DNA of 64,000 bases from Planctomycetota bacterium (lineage in GTDB: Bacteria > Planctomycetota > UBA8108 > JACQVS01): the NCBI GenBank assembly GCA_028280485.1, contig JANQLS010000148.1:17002-81001 (forward strand). The letters are read 5' to 3'. Of this stretch, positions 26,831-36,289 are shown in pieces (position 1 is the stretch's first letter; each line of letters opens with the position of its first letter). The position numbers were made by a program, and so were the translations under genes. The notes under the pieces are model-generated. The model did no database searches and was not told where the DNA came from. It was given only the letters and a program-made list of their open reading frames with translations.

Positions 26831-29811
26831 AATTCTAAATCCGCCATATAAATCGCGGTAATTCGTTTCCCCTGCGCATCTTTCTCGTGCGAAGAGTACC
26901 AAGATACAACGGCTTTCCCTTCTCCGAGGTCGATGAATCCAGGATACGAATTATCTCCTGCACTCGGCAATTCGACAAAGGGATGAAGCTCACCCCGAAC
27001 AAACCACTGTAAGACGGTCTTCGGCCCTCGGGGAGTATTCTTTCGACCACCTACTACCCAACGATTTCCCCACTGGGTGATCAATGGTCCTCCAATATAT
27101 TCCTTAAGATCACGGCGTTCCCACTCTCGGTAGGGAGGCTTGGCAGTTAAAAATTCAGCCGCACTACGAGCCCTTCTCCCGATCCCCACGATGGTACCAT
27201 CGGGCAAGAATTGAAAGGCCGTTTCATCGCCATGAGTATCTTGGAAAAAACCTCTCTTTTTCCAAATCAAACCATCCTCACTTTCAAGGATGACAGATTT
27301 CACGTCAACTCCCTCCCCTTTCGGCCCCACTCTAAAACTAAATTTTCTCCGCCCACATAAGTATGCCGTACCGTTGAAAGTATTAGCCTTCCAAATGTAG
27401 TGTCCGAAAGTACCTTCTAACAAGGTGGGTGGACTCCAATTTTTGGCATCGGGAGTCCAGACGCAATAACCTAAATGTTCATTCAAATCAAAACGGGTTC
27501 TCTTCGTTCCCGGTTTCCCGTAATACCAAGTTCCTGTGTAAACGAAAAGCTTCCCCTTAAAGGAAAGAAAGTGAGGATCGCGAGTGTCTCGCTCGGGTAC
27601 TGAAAACTGGTGAACTGGACTCCAAGATTTTAAATCAGCACTTTTCAAAATAATGATACTGGCTGTGGGTTGAACTCCGTGACCATCCGGGCAACTCCTA
27701 AATGCCAAATAATAATTATTTTGATAAAGGATCAGATCCGTAAAGGCGTTGTGTTCTCCGTTGTGAAAGACTCGACGAATATTGGCGACCTTAACCTTCG
27801 GTAGATCTTTAGCTGAAAGCTTTTCGTGTCGGACGACTCGAAAACCGATCTTTGAAAGCTCTAAGGTGGGATTGCTGAAGAAACGCCCTGCAGATTGACG
27901 ATTGTTCCCTAAAAACCAAGCCCCGGAACGCAAGCCTCTAAAAATCTTTCCTACACGCGCTTCATTCCATACCCAAACATTGTTATTTACGTTTTCGAGA
28001 CCGTAGGCCGTCACCCAATTCTTAGGGTGACTCATCAAGTTGTATCCCCCGAGGAGTCGTGGGACGAACAATTGATATTTATATTTTTTATTGGAAGGAT
28101 CACCGAGGAAATAAACAGCCTTGTACCATTCGTTTTCACTTGGAAGCGAATAACGAGCGTGAACGTTTCGAGAACTCACTTGAGTCCCTTGTATTTTATA
28201 AGCTCCATCTTCAGTCGTAGCGCTGGATTGCTCGCCCTGAGGCTTTCCATTATGTAACCAGTTCGCATAACGTGCTGCATCGTGAAAGGCAACAAACGTA
28301 ACCGGAAGTTGGGCTTTGGTGTTTTTTACATAGTATTGATATTCTCCCGAGTCCCCCATTCTGAGAATGCCCCCCTGATTTGTACCCATTCTGAGATTGT
28401 ATAAACCGTTCGGGTCGCTCTTACCGACAGCGTTGAGAAAAAAAGCATATTCAGTGTTAGTGATCTGCCGCTTGGAGATGTTGAAGCAATAAGTAACATC
28501 ACCAAACACACCACGACCTTCATTATTTCGATCGGGAGAATTACCGGCATCCCCGACTCGTACAAACTCAATCGCCTGATCTTGGGGAGAGGAATGAGCT
28601 TCTAATGCTGTTTTGATGGGGATCGATCGAGAATCCGAAACGAGTTCTCGGGGTAGATCGTAAGGGGTCTTCCAAAACCGTTCTGGATTTGGAGGCGGTT
28701 TTCCAAACCAATGCCATTGAGCAAAATCTAATTGGGCCTTCCAATCTTCATCGTTAGAAGCATGCTTACCTCCGCGATAATAAAGACCATTCTTTTTGGG
28801 CACGCCATAAAGTTCAAAGACTCTGTGAGCCGCCACCGAAGTGGCTTGAGTTCCTTCTGGATTGGCGAATTCGTCATCCACAGATTCCGTACACAACAAC
28901 AGTCGAGGAGCGACCAAGGCTTTAAGAAAATGTTGATCGAAAGGTAGGCGGTCTTCCTTTTCATCAAACCACTGAATGCGTTCGTGATACCAGTGAGGCT
29001 TATCGTTCATTCCCAAGGATTCAGCTCCCGGCCCCAGCACCCGGTAAGATCCTGCACCACCAGCCCCGGAACCATTGGGAACGACCAAGGTAAACCTTTC
29101 ATCCAAGGCCCCCGCTAAAAGTGCCATCTTTCCTCCGCGAGAATGCCCAGTGATACCGATACGTTTGAGATCCACATCCTGCCGCGTTTCTAGATAATCG
29201 ATCACTCGCATGCCGCCCCACGCCCAAACCGCCAGAGTTTCCCAATCATAGTCCGAATACTTTTGCTGGGCTGGGCCTTTCACTCCCTTTCGATCTGGAT
29301 CTAAATCGTGCCGAGCGTATTCGATGAACATGAAACCCGCATCGAGAAACATCGGCACTTGACGAGTTCCTCCGAGGTGACCTTCCTCTCGAATGATCAC
29401 GGGAAGCTTTCCCTCATTTTTGGGTCGATAGATCACGATACGCATTTCGAGAGGGCGCTGAGATCCGATCTTCAGCAGAATCCAATCCTCCGTTCCCTTG
29501 CCACTTTTATGAGGGACCGATTTAATCAAAGTTCCTGTGACTTGATCTGGACGAGGAGGAATCCGACCGTACTGGTAGTAAAGGATGATCTCTTTTAGGG
29601 TATTACGCCGTTTTTCCCAAGCCTCTTGAGTGCGGATGGATTCACCCGCCTCACCCATTAAGACATCGGGTAGGTTTGGAATCGAAGGTAAATCCTCATT
29701 CGATGCTGGGGGTTGCCATACCTTCTCCTCACTCGCCGTTGAAAGTGTGGTGATAGAACTACAGAGAAAGATGAACAAGAGGCTTAGTATATAAGACTTC
29801 AACGAGGACAT
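26824..29811 (-). CDS. Secreted three-module protein: CE15-like (glucuronoyl-esterase-like) alpha/beta hydrolase + FGE/SUMF1-like domain + BNR/sialidase-like beta-propeller
   Basis: 995 aa; signal peptide; GITGHSRGGKMALLAGALD (GxSRxG esterase motif); central ...RYSLPSENEWYKA...GAWFL... FGE-sulfatase-type domain; C-terminal propeller with repeated W/D-rich blades. Confidence 0.55.
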   Translation of the reverse strand: MSSLKSYILSLLFIFLCSSITTLSTASEEKVWQPPASNEDLPSIPNLPDVLMGEAGESIRTQEAWEKRRNTLKEIILYYQYGRIPPRPDQVTGTLIKSVPHKSGKGTEDWILLKIGSQRPLEMRIVIYRPKNEGKLPVIIREEGHLGGTRQVPMFLDAGFMFIEYARHDLDPDRKGVKGPAQQKYSDYDWETLAVWAWGGMRVIDYLETRQDVDLKRIGITGHSRGGKMALLAGALDERFTLVVPNGSGAGGAGSYRVLGPGAESLGMNDKPHWYHERIQWFDEKEDRLPFDQHFLKALVAPRLLLCTESVDDEFANPEGTQATSVAAHRVFELYGVPKKNGLYYRGGKHASNDEDWKAQLDFAQWHWFGKPPPNPERFWKTPYDLPRELVSDSRSIPIKTALEAHSSPQDQAIEFVRVGDAGNSPDRNNEGRGVFGDVTYCFNISKRQITNTEYAFFLNAVGKSDPNGLYNLRMGTNQGGILRMGDSGEYQYYVKNTKAQLPVTFVAFHDAARYANWLHNGKPQGEQSSATTEDGAYKIQGTQVSSRNVHARYSLPSENEWYKAVYFLGDPSNKKYKYQLFVPRLLGGYNLMSHPKNWVTAYGLENVNNNVWVWNEARVGKIFRGLRSGAWFLGNNRQSAGRFFSNPTLELSKIGFRVVRHEKLSAKDLPKVKVANIRRVFHNGEHNAFTDLILYQNNYYLAFRSCPDGHGVQPTASIIILKSADLKSWSPVHQFSVPERDTRDPHFLSFKGKLFVYTGTWYYGKPGTKRTRFDLNEHLGYCVWTPDAKNWSPPTLLEGTFGHYIWKANTFNGTAYLCGRRKFSFRVGPKGEGVDVKSVILESEDGLIWKKRGFFQDTHGDETAFQFLPDGTIVGIGRRARSAAEFLTAKPPYREWERRDLKEYIGGPLITQWGNRWVVGGRKNTPRGPKTVLQWFVRGELHPFVELPSAGDNSYPGFIDLGEGKAVVSWYSSHEKDAQGKRITAIYMADLELK

Positions 29812-30107
29812 TTCGAAACTTTCAATGTTCAGTATTTGTGGATTGCTGTTCTTCTGTCAGTAACCAAAAAGAGTGAAACCATCATCATGTTCAGATTCAG
29901 AGGGAGAATCAAGCTAAATGGCTTCCCAGAAGCACCCTCAAAGAAAAGTATTTTATTTCTTGCTTGTCGTTGATTCCCTTGCCACTATTGTCGCCTACTT
30001 CTTCGTATTTATTACTTTAAAAGGGTTTTAAGCTAAAGATCGAAGGAAGAGCTAAAACCCTTGTTAAAGCTGTAAAAGCTAGGAATTATTCAGCAGAGGA
30101 ACACGAA

Positions 30108-30344
30108 ATGGCGCAACGTAAAAAAAGAGCCCAACGAGACATCGAAAAAGATTATCCTAAAAAACAATTCATCGCAAAACTACGTCGCTTGGCGGATTGC
30201 CTGGAGGAAGGAAAACGCTTCCGTATCCAGGTAGCGGGTGAACGAGTATCGGTGGCCGCCGATTCCACCATCAACATCGAGCACGAACGATCTTCCTCAG
30301 AGGAAGAAATTGAGTTTCAATTGCGTTGGAAATTAGATGAATAG
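30108..30344 (+). CDS. Small protein resembling the amphi-Trp domain family
   Basis: 78 aa; FIAKLRRLADCLEEGKRFRIQVAGERVSVAADSTINIEHERSSSEEEIEFQLRWK fits my recollection of the amphi-Trp consensus. Unverified. Confidence 0.35.
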   Translation: MAQRKKRAQRDIEKDYPKKQFIAKLRRLADCLEEGKRFRIQVAGERVSVAADSTINIEHERSSSEEEIEFQLRWKLDE

Positions 30345-30454
30345 AGGCTAACGAACCAAATTCTGGCGCATAGCAAAAGACGCCAGCCATTTGGTGATTA
30401 CACTTTAAAATTTCTTGATCCAAATTCTGGCGAATTTGGCTACGGGCGAATTCT

Positions 30455-31033
30455 ATGGACGATACTCAAAATTTAAATCTTCCTAAGCGACTAAAAGACA
30501 TCGAAGAAGACACCCAGTCTCATGGATTTTCGATGGCCTCCGACCATCAAACCGGCTCCTTTCTACGAACTCTAGTTGCAAGTCGTCCGGGGGGCCAAAT
30601 CTTGGAACTCGGAACGGGTACGGGTTTAGGAGCGTGTTGGCTTCTCGATGGAATGGATAGCCAATCACATTTGACCACGGTCGATGATGATGCTGAAGTC
30701 GTAGAGATCGCCAAAAAACATCTTTCACTAGATGGTCGTATCACTTTCCACGTCAAGGATGGATCCGAATTCTTAAAAGGAGCCCAAAAAGATAGCTTTG
30801 ACCTGATCTTTGCTGATACTTGGCCGGGAAAGTACTGGGACCGAGAATTGACCTTCGACCTCTTAAAAAAAGGTGGGATCTATATCGTCGATGATATGCT
30901 CCCCCAAGAAAACTGGCCCGAAGAGCACTTCCCTAAAGCGAAAGAACTCGTTCAAATCTTGGAGAATCAAAAAGGCTTTAAAAAGACCAAACTCAATTGG
31001 TCTACCGGGATAATAATTTTAGTCAAAGAATGA
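30455..31033 (+). CDS. Class I SAM-dependent O-methyltransferase (family 3-like)
   Basis: 192 aa; ILELGTGTGLGACWLL SAM-binding motif I; DLIFADTWPGKY. Confidence 0.7.
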   Translation: MDDTQNLNLPKRLKDIEEDTQSHGFSMASDHQTGSFLRTLVASRPGGQILELGTGTGLGACWLLDGMDSQSHLTTVDDDAEVVEIAKKHLSLDGRITFHVKDGSEFLKGAQKDSFDLIFADTWPGKYWDRELTFDLLKKGGIYIVDDMLPQENWPEEHFPKAKELVQILENQKGFKKTKLNWSTGIIILVKE

Positions 31034-31036
31034 TTC

Positions 31037-31354
31037 ATGAAAATCAAACTCAATCGTCAATACGAAGATTTAGCGACAGAATATCAATTTCAACTCATCA
31101 AACTACTCGATGACGCTTTAAAAGAGTCGTCATTAAACCTCGACCAGCGCCAGGATATATGTGAGCGCTTCATGTTCGACATGGGTATGCTCCAAGATCA
31201 AGGCACCATTATCGCGAAAGGGCGCCCCTACCAACCCATGATCGCCTTTGTCGACAGCGAGGAAGTGCGCATCACAGATGGAGAGTTCGACCTCCATGAG
31301 TACGCCTTTGGGAATGTAGCCGAATATTTTGAGTCGTTGGAAGATAGATCCTAA
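31037..31354 (+). CDS. Hypothetical protein
   Basis: 105 aa ORF starting 4 nt after the methyltransferase stop; no recognisable domain. Confidence 0.3.
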   Translation: MKIKLNRQYEDLATEYQFQLIKLLDDALKESSLNLDQRQDICERFMFDMGMLQDQGTIIAKGRPYQPMIAFVDSEEVRITDGEFDLHEYAFGNVAEYFESLEDRS

Positions 31355-31451
31355 TTAGTTGAAACACTCCTCAGACTTAGTACGTCCTAATTTGCAGGTA
31401 ATTAAATTTTAACTGCTATATCTCAACGTACTCTACTAAGACTGACGGAGG

Positions 31452-31883
31452 GTGATGAAAATCCTCGCATGTTCGGCGTCCCCATCTATAGGCGAACTCT
31501 TGCTAATCTACTTAGCATTTGTTTTTCCAGTGCTCTTAACGTGCTACCTTCAACATATCAGAAAAAAATATCCCTTTCATAAATATGTTCAGATGTCTTT
31601 GTTCTTAATCGGATTCGGAATCTACTTTTGGTTAGATCCACCGAGAGCGCGAGATCCTTACGGAAAGTGGAACAGATTTGAAGATATCTTTGCGAGTGAA
31701 TGCCTCTTCTATGGAATTTTGTTCATCGTCATTATTTCGAGCATTAAGTACAAAACGATTTGGGATCTTTACATTAGATATTTTCTTTCCTCAGCAGCAA
31801 TGATCCTAATCCTATTTCTATCAGCAAAAAGCCCACCCGTTTCAAATGCATCATTTACGGATTTTTGTATTACATTTTGTTAA
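31452..31883 (+). CDS. Hypothetical membrane protein (AT-rich region)
   Basis: 143 aa with about 4 hydrophobic helices; low-GC context, so the coding call is weak. Confidence 0.25.
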   Translation: MMKILACSASPSIGELLLIYLAFVFPVLLTCYLQHIRKKYPFHKYVQMSLFLIGFGIYFWLDPPRARDPYGKWNRFEDIFASECLFYGILFIVIISSIKYKTIWDLYIRYFLSSAAMILILFLSAKSPPVSNASFTDFCITFC

Positions 31884-32142
31884 ACTCCAAGAAATCTAAT
31901 AATTGAATAGCAGTTGGGACGATGGCTCTCTGTTGGATTCAGCTCGCATTTTCAGTGCTAAATAAGTCAACCTACCGGCCTCTTTTTTTATCTGTCTTAC
32001 TTTTCATTTTTGTCATCGTTCTCTTTGCACAAGCACTCATTACAAATTACGATAACCATTTCCATCTCTGGAAAGTTCTACCCGAACACCCAACCGAAGT
32101 CCGTAGAGTCTTCGAAACTGTTAGAGATCCCAATCCTTTCAA

Positions 32143-32889
32143 GTGAATCTTCAAGGAGATTACGAACCCCCAATGAAAAACGAAATCACAATCGGCATCA
32201 TCGGAGATTTCAACCCCGACAACCCATTCCACCAAGCGACCAACGCGGTCATCGAAACCGCGGCGCGACTGAAATCTATCCCACTTAATTTTGAATGGAT
32301 TCCAACGGAGAGCCTAGAATCCTTTGACAAAGAATCGCTACTAAAATCTTTTCAGGGTTTCTGGTGCGCACCCTCAAGCCCTTACGTCAGTTTTGAGGGT
32401 GCCCTCAACGCAGTTCGTCTGGCCCGCGAATCTGGATGGCCCTTTATAGGGACGTGAGGCGGATTTCAGACGGCTCTGGTAGAGTACGCAAGAAATGTTT
32501 TAAATATCGAAAACGCCGAGCACGAAGAATCATCTCCCGATGCCGAGCGCTTAGTGGTTTCGAAATTAACTTGTTCGTTAAAAGATGTAGAGGGGAAGGT
32601 CTTCCTGAGCCCCGGCACTCAAGCCCGAGAAATTTACGGTAAAGAGGAATCCAAGGAATCGTTTCGGTGTAACTTCGGTTTGAACCCTAAGTACTTTCCT
32701 GCATTTGAAGAAACTTCATTTCGATTTTCAGGAAAAGATGAAGATGGCGCCCCTCGACTGATGGAACTCACCGATCATCCTTTTTATATGGGCACTCTCT
32801 TTCTGCCCCAGATTCGATCGGATGCTTCATATGTGCATCCGATTATCGATGCATATGTGGATGCTGTGGTAGAGAGCGCTAAGCGTTAA
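32143..32889 (+). CDS. CTP-synthase C-terminal-domain-like (class-I glutamine-amidotransferase-like) protein interrupted by one in-frame TGA (32455-32457) at the predicted nucleophile Cys position; candidate selenoprotein or point-mutation pseudogene
   Basis: ORFs 32143..32457 and 32554..32889 are in the same frame and separated only by the TGA. The joined product reads ...GWPFIGT-U/*-GGFQTALVEYARNVLNIENAEHEE..., paralleling the CTP synthase GATase GICLGMQVALIEYARNV motif, with ...DHPFYMGTLFLPQ at the HPE position. Confidence 0.5.
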
Positions 32890-33757
32890 AAGATTCAAAG
32901 AGTGTCCCCTTAACGGGAACTCGCGCTCGAAACAATCCGCCCGCATGAGGCTGCTCTTGGAGTTGCTCAGAAGTCATTCGGTCTCGAGCGGTCGTGATAT
33001 ATAGATCGTGAAGATCCTCACCACCGAAAGCACAAGCGGTGACATGAGCTGAGGGCACAGGAATTTGACTTAAGATCGATCCTGATAATGGATCGTATCG
33101 AATAACCTGAGATCCACCCCACATTCCGACCCACAGCTTATCTTCAACATCGATCGCCATTCCGTCTGGAAAACCCAAACCGTCTTCCACTTTGACTGCA
33201 GTTCGACGATTTGAGATTTCACCCGACTCTAAATCGTAATCAAAGGCATCGATTCTCTTCGTGGGGGAATCGATGTAATACATAGTTTTTGAATCAGAAC
33301 TCCACACAATACCGTTTGAAACTGAAATATCTTGAACGTGTTTTTTAACCTTACCGTCACCGTCCAATGAATACAAAATTCCATGGCCAGGGTCTTCTAC
33401 CTTCGACATGGTACCCGCCCAAAATCGTCCTTTGGGATCGCACTTACCATCATTAAAGCGATTAGTAGAAATATGGCTCTCAGGATCAGCAAGCCGTTTT
33501 AGGGTCTGGGTTCCAGGGTCAAACGAAGCGAAACCATTTTCTAATGCTAAAGCCACTCCCCCTGATCGTTGAAGCACAACTGTACCGACGGCTTCTCCAA
33601 TTTGAAAAACGTCATCGTTTTCGGATTGGGGGTCGAACCGGTGTAATTCCCCAGCAAAGATGTTGACCCACCACAGAACCTTTGCATCGGGATCCCAAAG
33701 GGGTCCTTCCCCCAATATGGCTTTAGAGTCTAAAACAAGTTCAACTTCAGTCGGCAT
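32879..33757 (-). CDS. SMP-30/gluconolactonase/LRE-family lactonase
   Basis: 292 aa; ILGEGPLWDPDAKVLWWVNIFAGELHRFDP; six-bladed propeller hallmarks. Confidence 0.85.
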   Translation of the reverse strand: MPTEVELVLDSKAILGEGPLWDPDAKVLWWVNIFAGELHRFDPQSENDDVFQIGEAVGTVVLQRSGGVALALENGFASFDPGTQTLKRLADPESHISTNRFNDGKCDPKGRFWAGTMSKVEDPGHGILYSLDGDGKVKKHVQDISVSNGIVWSSDSKTMYYIDSPTKRIDAFDYDLESGEISNRRTAVKVEDGLGFPDGMAIDVEDKLWVGMWGGSQVIRYDPLSGSILSQIPVPSAHVTACAFGGEDLHDLYITTARDRMTSEQLQEQPHAGGLFRARVPVKGTLFESFNA

Positions 33758-33758
33758 C

Positions 33759-34562
33759 TCAATCTTCAGCCACCACTGGATTCTCTAAATCGCCGATCCC
33801 TTCAATGGAAATCGTCACGTTATCCCCAGGCTTCAAGAATACTGGAGGTTTTCTTGCAGCACCGACTCCATGAGGGGTTCCTGTAAGGATGAGAGTTCCC
33901 GGTAAGAGCCTCGTTCCGGCGCTGAGAAATTCAATAAGAGTAACGACATCAAAAATCATATCGTTCGTCTTCCAATCTTGCATCGTCTCTCCGTTAAGAA
34001 CCGTTTTGATTCCTAATGATTGAGGATCCGTGATTTCATCGGAAGTCACCAAGCAAGGGCCGATCGGACAGAATGTGGCGAAGGTCTTTCCTCGACACCA
34101 TTGCCCTCCACCTCCATTTTTTTGCCAGTGTCGTTCGCTGACATCGTGGGCGCAGGTATAACCCAAGACGTAATCCAATGCATCTTCCTTAGAAACGTTG
34201 TAACATTCCTTCCCGATGATCACTCCGAGCTCACATTCGAAATCGACGGTTTCACATTTCAACTTACTGGGAATGATGATGGGATCACCTGGATTTTGAA
34301 GCGCCCCGACATTCTTCATAAAGAGAACGGGAAATTCAGGATGGGGCAAACCACTTTCATCGGCGTGATGACCGTAGTTTAAACCGATGCACAAAATATC
34401 GGTGGGAACGATGGGAGCTAGAAGCTTGGCGACATCCGCAGCCTCTCCTGAATCGGAATACTCTCCGTAGATATCTCCGTTCAAGCGCGTCGCTGAACCA
34501 TCGTTCTGTTGACAACCGTAATGGATCTCTCCGGAGGCATCTTGATATCGAATGATTTTCAT
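33759..34562 (-). CDS. Fumarylacetoacetate hydrolase (FAH) family protein
   Basis: 267 aa; ILCIGLNYGHHADE...VDFECELGVIIGKEC...LILTGTPHGVG; 1-nt spacing to the lactonase gene (operon). Confidence 0.85.
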   Translation of the reverse strand: MKIIRYQDASGEIHYGCQQNDGSATRLNGDIYGEYSDSGEAADVAKLLAPIVPTDILCIGLNYGHHADESGLPHPEFPVLFMKNVGALQNPGDPIIIPSKLKCETVDFECELGVIIGKECYNVSKEDALDYVLGYTCAHDVSERHWQKNGGGGQWCRGKTFATFCPIGPCLVTSDEITDPQSLGIKTVLNGETMQDWKTNDMIFDVVTLIEFLSAGTRLLPGTLILTGTPHGVGAARKPPVFLKPGDNVTISIEGIGDLENPVVAED

Positions 34563-34845
34563 TTCGAATCTCTCTTTAATCTATTTGAAGCTCATAAGTC
34601 GATCGTTGGAACCGACAGAGCTCACCGCAAATCAGAAGTGAAATTAAGGGTTAACGTCTGGTTTAAAAGAAGGATCAAGTTGAAGATCGTACCAAAAATC
34701 AATGGAGAATGATAACAAACATTGAGATCTATTGTTCACCCCGGTATCCTCATGAGTTCCAAAATTCACGAAGAAAAACACTCATATAAATCAGCTTGAT
34801 TTCTATTTATAGAATCTCGGTTAATGCATTTCGTTATTAAAGGGG

Positions 34846-35502
34846 TTGGCGATGTTGATAATATCCAAATGGCGTTTAGTGTTAATCGGAGCTGCAATCG
34901 CACTTGCCGGAATTGGGGTAGTATCAAAAGGATCTAAAGAGAGCCGGCTCTCAGAAGTCGCAATGGCAGATCCCCAGGTAATCACCTGTAAAAAATTAGC
35001 GGAGGATGGCCCCAAAGATAACGCCCACATCATCCTTACGGATTTCATCTGTAGCCCTTATTACGTCTATGAGGGTAAAAAGTCTTCAGACAGCTCCAAT
35101 TCTGCTTGGACTAAGGTTTGGATCCCGTTGATCCCTGCCGATGATCCCTGGTCGAAAGGCTATAAAGCAGCCTTGCTTCTAGGTGGGGCGGCCTTAGATA
35201 ATTATCCCCCACCAGATTCCTTCAGCGTACTTTTACGATCTTCAAATATCAAATCCGAAAAAAGCCTGGGTCAATTCGTAGATAAAAAAGAGATCCAAGG
35301 AATCATTGTCAACGAGATTGAAATGATTTACGGAGAAGAGAAAAAACTCTTAACCGAAAATTACAATTTTGACCCCAGCAAAGCGTGGATCTTGGATGAA
35401 GGTCGAACTCTTTCAAACTCCATCATCTTTTTTGCGAGCGGAGTTCTTCTGATCATTGTGGGGATCGGAGCGGTGGCCTACGCATTTGTGAGAAAAGTTT
35501 GA
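34846..35502 (+). CDS. Hypothetical bitopic membrane protein, tandem paralog 1
   Basis: 218 aa; N- and C-terminal TM helices; shares ITCKKLAEDGPKDNAHIIL...WIPLIPADDPW...YPPP...IVNEIE...LL...Y.FDP.K.W...EGR.L with the next gene. Confidence 0.5.
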   Translation: MAMLIISKWRLVLIGAAIALAGIGVVSKGSKESRLSEVAMADPQVITCKKLAEDGPKDNAHIILTDFICSPYYVYEGKKSSDSSNSAWTKVWIPLIPADDPWSKGYKAALLLGGAALDNYPPPDSFSVLLRSSNIKSEKSLGQFVDKKEIQGIIVNEIEMIYGEEKKLLTENYNFDPSKAWILDEGRTLSNSIIFFASGVLLIIVGIGAVAYAFVRKV

Positions 35503-35571
35503 GCCTGCTCTATAAATGCAGATCACTCTAGAGGATTTACGAAAACATCAACAAATAGGGACAGTTTAATT

Positions 35572-36234
35572 ATGAGTAAAATTCAAGCTATTATCAGTGG
35601 CGGTGTTGCAATCGCCATCGGTGTTATCCTTCTTAGCGAAGCTCTAAAGGATTCGACAATTGCTTCAATCGCCAAAGAAAAACCACAACGAATCACCTGT
35701 AAACAACTGATCGCTGAGGGCCCAAAAGACAATGCCCACCTGATCCTAAAAGATTTTGTGTACTGCGATAATATGTTTGTGACTCTTACGGAAGTAGACG
35801 ATAACGGAAGGGAAACCGATGATTTCTACTGGAAAGCCATTTGGGTCCCACTGGTTCCCGCCGACGATCCCTGGGTCCAAGGTTTTCTCGCTGCTCGTGA
35901 AGCGGGAGGTGACGCCTATGACAAATACCCACCTCCCAGTCAAATCAAAATTATCTTGAAGTCAAAAACAGTTCCTAAAGACGATTACTTTGCCAACCTG
36001 GATAAGAAAACCATCATCAAAGGGATCGTCATCAATGAAATTGAACAAATTTCGGGAGAAGAATTAAAACTTCTTCAAGATACTTATAAGTTCGACCCAC
36101 AAAAAGTATGGCTTATCGAAGAGGGCCGAGCCCTAAAATCCACGTCTTCTCTCATGGGGAAATACGCCATCGCCGGAGTGTTGATGCTTGGAGGATTAAT
36201 CTTCATCTCATTTAAATTTCTTAAAGGTAAGTAG
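35572..36234 (+). CDS. Hypothetical bitopic membrane protein, tandem paralog 2
   Basis: 220 aa; same architecture and conserved blocks as 34846..35502. Confidence 0.5.
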   Translation: MSKIQAIISGGVAIAIGVILLSEALKDSTIASIAKEKPQRITCKQLIAEGPKDNAHLILKDFVYCDNMFVTLTEVDDNGRETDDFYWKAIWVPLVPADDPWVQGFLAAREAGGDAYDKYPPPSQIKIILKSKTVPKDDYFANLDKKTIIKGIVINEIEQISGEELKLLQDTYKFDPQKVWLIEEGRALKSTSSLMGKYAIAGVLMLGGLIFISFKFLKGK

Positions 36235-36289
36235 CAGAGGGTCATTTCGCATTGCTCAAAGTTTTCGTTATTAACAAACGACATATTTC

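Noticed and set aside
32458-32520. SECIS element downstream of the in-frame TGA
   Set aside because: Only weak, imperfect stems could be drawn by eye. No convincing bacterial SECIS is claimed. The selenoprotein reading remains a hypothesis.
32436-32642. ORF 32436..32642(+) spanning the TGA site in another frame
   Set aside because: The frame containing 32143..32457 and 32554..32889 yields continuous GATase-like sequence. This third-frame ORF is Arg-rich and low complexity.
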